DNA of 56,925 bases, counting the filler, from Hydrolagus affinis (Eukaryota): the NCBI GenBank assembly GCA_012026655.1. It is 4 parts of 4 records of this genome, joined end to end, with 100 filler letters (N's around TTAATTAATTAA, not from the genome) between each part and the next. Parts side by side here need not be neighbours in the genome. Positions count along the whole stretch, not along the records: positions 42,998 to 56,925 come from JAAILG010019882.1; 3 more parts are not named here. One strand, given 5' to 3'. Below, piece by piece: positions 49,605 to 56,925 of the stretch. How positions within the stretch are numbered: the first letter of the stretch is position 1; each line of letters begins with the position of its first letter. Made by a program: the position numbers and the translations under genes. The notes under the pieces are model-generated. The model was given only the letters and a program-made list of their open reading frames with translations. It made no database searches and was not told where the DNA came from.

Positions 49605-50431
49605 CTGCAGAGCCAACCATCATTCATTCGTAATTGCACTGATCTCAGAGTCCATGTGTGTGTGTGTGTGTGTGTGGGAGTGTATCTGTGTATGAATATC
49701 TATGAGTCTGTGCGTGTGGTTGATCATATATTTGCATGTCTGACAAATGCAGAGTGCACAGCTAACCGATGCATATTTGTGATTTTCTTCCACCCCAACA
49801 CTCCAAGCTGAATTCGAAAAGCACATGTAAGACGGAAATCCACCTCACTTGTTTGATAAATTGGTAAATATTTAGATTTTACCAAATAGTTTTACAAATA
49901 TTCAATATACTCGTGTAAATGGCTATTTTCTTCATTTTACCTTCGTTGGTATTATCAAAGAGATAGCAGCAAGGACAGCTGTGCTAATCGGTGCCTCCCA
50001 GCACCACTCCGTATGTGTCTTTATTGACACTACACACAGCCTCGGAGACACATTTAACAACAGAGAAATACAGCGTCAGATTGCTCATCGACTTGTTTAA
50101 CTAAAAGCACATTTTATTCAATTATGTCAACCTGTTGATCAGTCTCCAATCACACGTGATCTTGCTGTCTCTCGCCTGCTTGTATGCGTCATGCAGCAAA
50201 GCCATGCATCAGCAGCTATACTGCTGCCAAGCACCCAGTGCTGGCAAATATGCACTGGCCTTGAAAGTATACAGTCATTACATGCGACAGTGTACCTGAT
50301 GATATCCTAATCAACAAGAGGTCTTTATGAAACTTAAACTGTATATAATTGTTATTACTATTATTCCTCCCTATTTGTGGCTGATCAAATATCTCCCGCA
50401 TTATGATGAAACATGACATTTAGTTTGTTAC

Positions 50432-50575
50432 CTTGTTGGAGTGAAGTTTCCCGGTCATTGTGGGTGGTCAATGTGGGGACATAATCAGGTGTGTCAGTGA
50501 CCAGGGGGAGGAGGCCTTGTCTCGGCTGCTGGAGGGCTCCACTCTCAGAGTCATCATACTCCTCTTGAAATTGAT
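50432..50575 (-). CDS. SRCR receptor cytoplasmic exon 3
   Basis: AACAG/GTAAC, phase 1-1, 144 nt, EEYDDSE motif. Confidence 0.72.
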
Positions 50576-51433
50576 CTGTTAACATTGAAACAGTATCATA
50601 TGTTACAATACAGTATTAAGATAAAATAAAGTAGAATGAAGCATATATTTTATAATCTTAGAAGTATACAATACAGGATGAGGCCATTGCGTCCATTGCG
50701 TTTGTACTGGCACTTTTAATGAGCTGTCCCAAATTCAACTCAAATGCAAGCACTCTCCCACACACAGCCCTACTACTCTATCTTTCCCAATTGTCTATGT
50801 ATATGTGCAAGGAAATTCGGACACCATGGTGCTCAGTGTATTTTATTTCAGCAGAAATACTGAAAGGGTATTGACTGTTACTTGGGATAACTAACTGCAG
50901 TTTAAAACTTGATTTACGTTCACATCCTGGTTTAATGGAAAGTTTTCTAGCCCCTAACTCAGAAGGGTATGAGTGTAGCATTCACAGCGACTGTAAGGAT
51001 TATGTCATCACCTGATAATGACATCACCTGAGACGCCGTCTGGCGTGGAGGCCAATATATCAATCGGAGTTGTTGTTGTTGTTGTTGTTATCACCTGATA
51101 ACCTGTCTTGGGCATTGACGGCATATTGTGTAACCCTAACAGGGACAGTAAGCTCACAATCTGACTGGCACCCATTGTAGTGTTTGCATGCTCAAGTCGA
51201 CTTTAGATATCGCGTTTATCTCAATGTCCTCTCTTTCAATCCCCTCCATCCCGGATAAACTGCTTGATTTTACTTCAGGACTGTGCACATTGTGTTGCTA
51301 ATTTGCCTGTCCAGTTCGCCAACAATCACAGTAACTACAGTTCACTATAATAATCCGTGAAGCTTGGATGTGCTTTGAAATGTTGAAGGGATCAGAGGCT
51401 GAATCAAGTACAGCAATTGCTTCATGCACTCAC

Positions 51434-51544
51434 CATCGACAATGGGTAGAAACACTTTGTCATTTCCAAGTTCTGGATCAGACCCATTCACACTGTCCCC
51501 AGTGTAGTACGCCAGTTTATTGATAGAATCACTGGATTCTGAAA
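51434..51544 (-). CDS. SRCR receptor cytoplasmic exon 2
   Basis: GCTCAG/GTGAGT, phase 1-1, 111 nt, VSESSDSINKLAYYTGDS. Confidence 0.72.
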
Positions 51545-52282
51545 CTGAGCAAAATAAAACCATTGCTTACATAGGTAGACAAATTATCATTCAACTCCAA
51601 TGTCAGAACACGGAAAGTTACCAATAAATCCAAATTTATTTTTGATGGGTATATGCAGAAGCAATATTCATCTTACACCTAAATTGAGAGGCAGGCTAAA
51701 TTTTTCACGAAATGGATTATAAATTATAATTTATTAATTATTAATGGATTATTATTTTTTGCAGAATGATTCCATTGCAAAAGCAACAACAGCAACAAAA
51801 AAAATAGATTTTCGAGCCCTTTTGATGTTGGGAGAACACCGCAAGGCGCGGAGCATTCAGGAAGGACCCGAGCAATGTAGATGTGCAGGACAGGAGGCAG
51901 GGACGTACGAGAGTTAGGAGGGGAGGGAGTGAGTTAGCGGGGTAGGCATGGATTTAGGAGGGGAGGAATAAGTAGGAGGGAGGAATCGTTGGGAGGGGAG
52001 GTAGAAAGTTAGGTGTCGAGGGAGATATTTAGGGTGGAAAGTGAGAGTTTGGAGAGGAGTGAGGTGTAGGTAGGGAGTTAGTAGGGGTGGAAGATTTAGA
52101 AGGCAACCAAAGAATTAGGAGTGCAGTGAGAGAGTTACGAGGGGAGGGAGAGAGGTAAGAGTTTGTTGAGAGAGTTAGGAGTAGAGAGAGCTATAGTAGC
52201 GGAGGGAGAGAGTAAGGATGGGAGGTAGAGGTAGGAGGGGAGGGAGATAGGTATAGAACCAACATGAATATAATGTACATAC

Positions 52283-52378
52283 CGAAGGATCCAGCACCAA
52301 GTGATCTTCTTCTGATTGGCAAATCCTCAATTTCATCATAAATTGCTTGATAGAAACGAACGGAGGGATATTCTTCCT
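52283..52378 (-). CDS. SRCR receptor cytoplasmic exon 1
   Basis: CATCAG/GTATGT, phase 1-1, 96 nt, FYQAIYDEIED motif like WC1/CD163L1 tails. Confidence 0.8.
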
Positions 52379-53066
52379 CTGATGGAAGTTTACATGCACA
52401 CATTACAATAATATCCTGACGTTGCACAATTCATCTTGAAATTTAGGTATTAATAAATCTGGATTATGTAAAGCGGGTTTTCGTAGTTGGAACAAAAATG
52501 TATTTCATGATCACTATAGCCTCTTTGTGTATCTTTGTATCAGTGTCCATATTTTTGTGTGTAATCGATTAAATCTTTATATATGACTTTTCGACTGCAA
52601 GGATGGGTATGTACTATTTCACTTTCATATACAGTACATTCACTTTACAGCATATGCTTTGAGGCGCTTTGATACATTTAGAACATTTGAAAAGCACTAT
52701 ATCATATGGAAGGTTTACTCACTTCCCTGTATATTGTTACCTATGTCTGTGTATTCCTGAGTATAAAGTATGTCAATGTGATTAGTTTACATTTGCAAAT
52801 ATTTGTGTATTTGTGCACTTACGCTTCTGTAGTTCACTGTTCGCTGATTATATCTTTATGTCTATATCTATACTTTCCCTTAGTGTATCTTTATAAATGC
52901 ACGTGCACCTAACAGAATGAAATAAAGACACTAACAACAGATCAATGTGTTATATTAATGAACGACATAATTGGAAGAGTGGGTTAACAATCAGTTTATC
53001 TGAAATTTTCTGAATTGTTAAATAAAAAGTTAACCACAGTGCTATGTAACCAGACTCCACGCTCAC

Positions 53067-53174
53067 CTCTTCCCGGAGAATTGCTGTCCATCTCTACCAT
53101 CAGTGCAAACAGCACTGTTGCTAACAGGAACACAAGCACGATACAGGTAATCACCGGGATGTTGATCAGATGGG
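53067..53174 (-). CDS. SRCR receptor transmembrane exon
   Basis: GCAAAG/GTGAGC, phase 1-1, IPVITCIVLVFLLATVLFALMV. Confidence 0.82.
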
Positions 53175-53199
53175 CTTTGCAAATCAAAGACACAACATT

Positions 53200-53441
53200 A
53201 GTGACATCACCGCTCTCAGTGACATCATCACCAGCTATGACATCACCGCTCTCAGTGACATCACCGCTCTCAGTGACATCACCGCTCTCAGTGACCTCAC
53301 CACTCACAGTGACATCACCGCTCTCAGTGACATCACCACTCTCAGTGACATCACCGCTCTCACTGACATCACCGCTCTCAGTGACATCACCGCTCTCAGT
53401 TACATCACCACTCTCAGTGACATCACCACCAGTTGTGACAT
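53200..53441 (+). repeat. 18-bp minisatellite, ~13 copies of AGTGACATCACCGCTCTC
   Basis: Units counted directly, most identical or with 1-2 changes. Confidence 0.95.
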
Positions 53442-54027
53442 AATAATATTCAAACACGATACAGGTGATCAATGGGATGTTGATCAGATGGAATTTGCAA
53501 ATCAAAGACACAACATTAGTCTATTTTTGTTGGATATGATTCAGTTCTCAGAATTTCGAAATTTTATTTAAAATTTCTTGAATCAAACACTTCTCACTAT
53601 GTTGTCTCGGGTAAGGTGTTATACAGTTCATGGCACATTAGACAGTGTAATCAGTGGAATGCCAACAACAGCTTTACAGATGTGCATATGAAACTATTTT
53701 CTTGATTTAAACAGCCACCTCGTTCTAAATGAAAGATAAATTCTGACAAGTTATCTTTCAAATAATATGGCTTTCACTATATTGTATCAAAATTGAAATT
53801 GCAGTGATAATCTCTTCGAAGTTTAGCACATATTATCAAGAAGACAATTAATTATGTTAATTACCTAAAGGTGTGGGACGGCTTGTTGCTTTGCGAAGTG
53901 CAGAACCTGCAACATAATGCAGACAAATTTAATCTAGCATTAATTCTATTTTTGTCTTTAAGTTATCCCAGAAGTTAGCTGAATTTGTCAACGAAAATAG
54001 TAAACTATTCGGAGAGCAGTTCCCTAC

Positions 54028-54339
54028 CAGAACAAACTACACCGGCGTCTTCCCTGTGACTACAGTCAGTTTTATCCACGGCTGAAGAGACACAATCCCA
54101 CAGGAAGGATTCGCTTCCTCTGCAGTGAAGCTGGTGTGGCCATAGCTGACCAGTGCCTTGTCCAAACCCCGCCTGTCCCACAGCCCGCACGGCGGTGCCG
54201 CAGCCCAGCTGTCTGCACACCATACTGGCCTCTCGTATATCCCAGGAGTCGTCACAAACCGTTCCCCACGTCTTGTTGCTGAATATCTCAACTCGTCCAG
54301 AGCAAGCAGTGCTTCCACCAACCAATCGCAACTTCTGTC
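54028..54339 (-). CDS. SRCR group B domain exon (membrane-proximal), CD163L1/WC1/SCART-like receptor
   Basis: LRLVGGSTACSGRVEI..WGTVCDDSWD..VCRQLGCG..CSHREDAGVVCS; phase 1-1. Confidence 0.93.
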
Positions 54340-54792
54340 CTGAATAGCAAACATTCAAATCACACATGTTAATAATTAATAAAGTAAGCCTTGCATTTGA
54401 TATCGCGCTTTTCAGGTCTTCTAGATGTCTCGAGACGTCTCAGTTACTCAGATACATAAAATTCAAATGATACTTGTTACTGTCAAATACATATGTCCTA
54501 TACATTACTACTACCACTTTATAGTAGATAATCTGAATTGCGTTGAGTAATCCTACAGATGTGAGTGAATTCACATGAAATGCATGCTTTGTTGATTCGT
54601 TTCATTTTTAATTCAGTACCTGCTAAATGATGGGCCTGATCGTGTGAGCGTCCTTCGCACTGTTTCGAAGATACCGATTTTTTCGTTGCTTTCCCTGCGT
54701 TAAATATACATTTATAAGTGAAATGCTTATGATGAAATATCATCACAATAGTTATAATCGAAGAAATGTTTACTGCATCAAAGTATTATTAC

Positions 54793-55107
54793 CTGTACAA
54801 ATTACACCCACATCTTCCAAATGACGACATTCATGTTCACCCCAAGGTATTGAGGAACATTGCCACAGGAATGACTCCTTTGAATTGCAATCTATGTCAT
54901 CCAGCCAAATAGTTCCAGAACCTATCCCAAATTTACCACGATAATCGACACTGATTACTTGGCCACAACCTAACTGTCTGCAGATGACCTCAGCGGCTTT
55001 GTTTCCCATGAAGTCCAAGCAGACTGTGCCCCAGGTTCCATTGTAAAACACTTCAACTCTCCCCTCACAGGAATGTTGACTATTCACCAGGCGCACCTGC
55101 CTGTGCC
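54793..55107 (-). CDS. SRCR group B domain exon
   Basis: VRLVNSQHSCEGRVEV..WGTVC..CRHLEDVGVICT; phase 1-1. Confidence 0.93.
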
Positions 55108-55369
55108 CTGAGAAGCAACAGTGACAGAGTTCATTAAGACAGGCGGCAATATATAGTCATTTGGATTCTCCAGCGTTACCGTCATCTATCATGTAATATG
55201 ATCAGTTATTGACCACCTCGGCAGCATCCCCTGCTGCATTAGCTCATCGACATTTACAATGACTATCCCATGTGCGGAGATCAACCTATAATCTTGTGAA
55301 TCGATAGTGCCAAACAGACACCGTATCAGTACATCGTGATGGTGCAACAAGCGATATTCAATCTCTTAC

Positions 55370-55681
55370 CTTTACACACGATGGTAACATCTTCTTTGTG
55401 GTAACAGTCATGCTGCCCCCATGGAGACGAAGCACATTCCCAGAGAGCTGACTCGTTTCCTGAACATTTCACCTCATCCAACCAAATTGGCTCTGAGGCC
55501 TTCCTGCAAGGGGCCGCAGCTGCTACAGTGACTGCGGTTCCACACCCCAGCTGTTTACACACAACATCCGCCTCTAGTGATCCCCAGGAGTCATCACACA
55601 CCGTCCCCCAGGATCCATTGTAGTAAATCTCCACTCTCCCAGCACACGAACTCTCACCATCGATCAGTCTGATCTTTGCAG
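55370..55681 (-). CDS. SRCR group B domain exon
   Basis: IRLIDGESSCAGRVEI..WGTVCDDSW..CYHKEDVTIVCK; phase 1-1. Confidence 0.92.
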
Positions 55682-56362
55682 CTTCGTTTGAACACGAACA
55701 GAGATTAATTTAAGATAAAGCATAAAACATTTTACAAACTTTAATAGAATTATTAACTGGAGGTAGGAAAGATTATCAGAGAGTGTAATCATTTCAGATC
55801 ATCACTCGTCTGCCCAATCTACTTCATTCAAATAGTGCTGAATATTACGCTATGATCGCCGTCAATCTCACAAGATGCACAAATGCTCTTCATATGATAA
55901 ACTTTATGTAAACTTATTGTAGCATTTGTGTGCGAAATATGGCAGCTAATTGCACAAACAATCCTGCACTGAGTAGCAAATATATTATTTTATTTATTTG
56001 GGGGAACTATTACACCCAAAATGTGATCCACTAATCGAGTAACAACGAGCTACTAGTTAAATCTAACCCTGAAATTTCAATTATTGTTAAATATTCACTT
56101 ACCTGAAGATTCACTTATATTCCCAGTTGATTGGATTTGCCAATGCTGTTTGTTACCTGTTCCAATATAAAACGAAACGCCAGCTTACACTTGGGGATTT
56201 TTCTTTGTATTTTGATGACATTCACCATCCAAAAAATAAATATTACTCAACGTACCGGTCTTCGCTGCATCGATGATGTGGCAGCCATTCAGAGGCAGGA
56301 AGGCATATTATTAGATATTTCATTGCGTGATATTAACATATTTATCATTAAAATGCTCTCAC

Positions 56363-56677
56363 CTGAACAATGAACACGCACATCAGTGCTGCTATTGGAC
56401 GATGGAGCCACTGTGGAATGTGGGCAGTTCCAGATGTGTGTCTCATTTCCCAAACACTGAACATTACTGATCCACACAGGTCCAGAGACTTCCCCATAAT
56501 GGGAAGAGTTGTTGGCTGAAATCACTGACCCACAGTTCAGCTGTCGACAGATGACATCGGCATCTAATACGTCCCAGGAATCATCCAGCAATCTGCCCCA
56601 GGTACCATCGTAATAAATCTCCACTCTCCCATCACAGCGGCTGCCTCCGTTCTCTAACCGCAAATGCCACTGTTTAC
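56363..56677 (-). CDS. SRCR domain exon with 6 Cys (lacks C2 and C7); gene continues beyond the window
   Basis: LRLENGGSRCDGRVEI..WGRLLDDSWD..DVRVHCS; TGCAG/GTGAG, phase 1-1. Confidence 0.92.
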
Positions 56678-56925
56678 CTGCAATGATTTAAATTGACAAT
56701 TATTCAATCAAAAGTGGGAGAGATGAATATAATGTAATTGCAGAATTCCTATTCAACAATTGACAGTTCCAATGTGACAATATGAGTTCATGATACAGAA
56801 AGCTCGTCTATCAAATAGAAAGTACCAGCAACCTTTCACAGATTGTGATGTTTGTAGTAATCAAACCTACAGATTTACATCATTAACTAAGAAAATGACA
56901 GATTACTGCCTGATAACCAAGCACA

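Noticed and set aside
53200-53441. CRISPR-like array
   Set aside because: Head-to-tail repeats without spacers in a vertebrate genome
53015-53443. Plus-strand mucin-like (TSPLSV)n ORF
   Set aside because: Antisense to the SRCR gene TM exon and produced by the 18-bp repeat

Overview
Vertebrate genomic DNA, very likely from a cartilaginous fish (inference from the shark-type V segments and the DeuSINE/L2/CR1 repeat landscape; a chimaera is plausible but not provable here). The first ~44 kb is a same-strand (+) translocon array of 12 T-cell receptor alpha/delta-type V gene segments (split leader + V exon + 3' recombination signal with 22-23 bp spacer). No D, J or TCR C segment is visible, and only about 3 of the 12 V segments look fully intact. 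Inside the array (38.7-40.4 kb) lies a non-rearranging Ig-superfamily gene with a germline-joined VJ exon and a C1-set exon; its FG loop aligns without gaps to the CD28/CTLA-4 MYPPPY loop. On the minus strand from the window end back to ~49.5 kb is the 3' part of a CD163L1/WC1/SCART-like SRCR receptor (4 SRCR exons, TM exon, 4 cytoplasmic exons with YDEI/YDDS/YDDV motifs), plus a duplicated tail exon at 46.8-46.9 kb and an 18-bp minisatellite abutting the TM exon. Co-oriented CTCF-like motifs and CRE/decamer promoter motifs accompany the V genes. Three 100-N scaffold gaps carry an artificial TTAATTAATTAA linker, so order across them is uncertain. All calls were made by eye; repeat boundaries are approximate.
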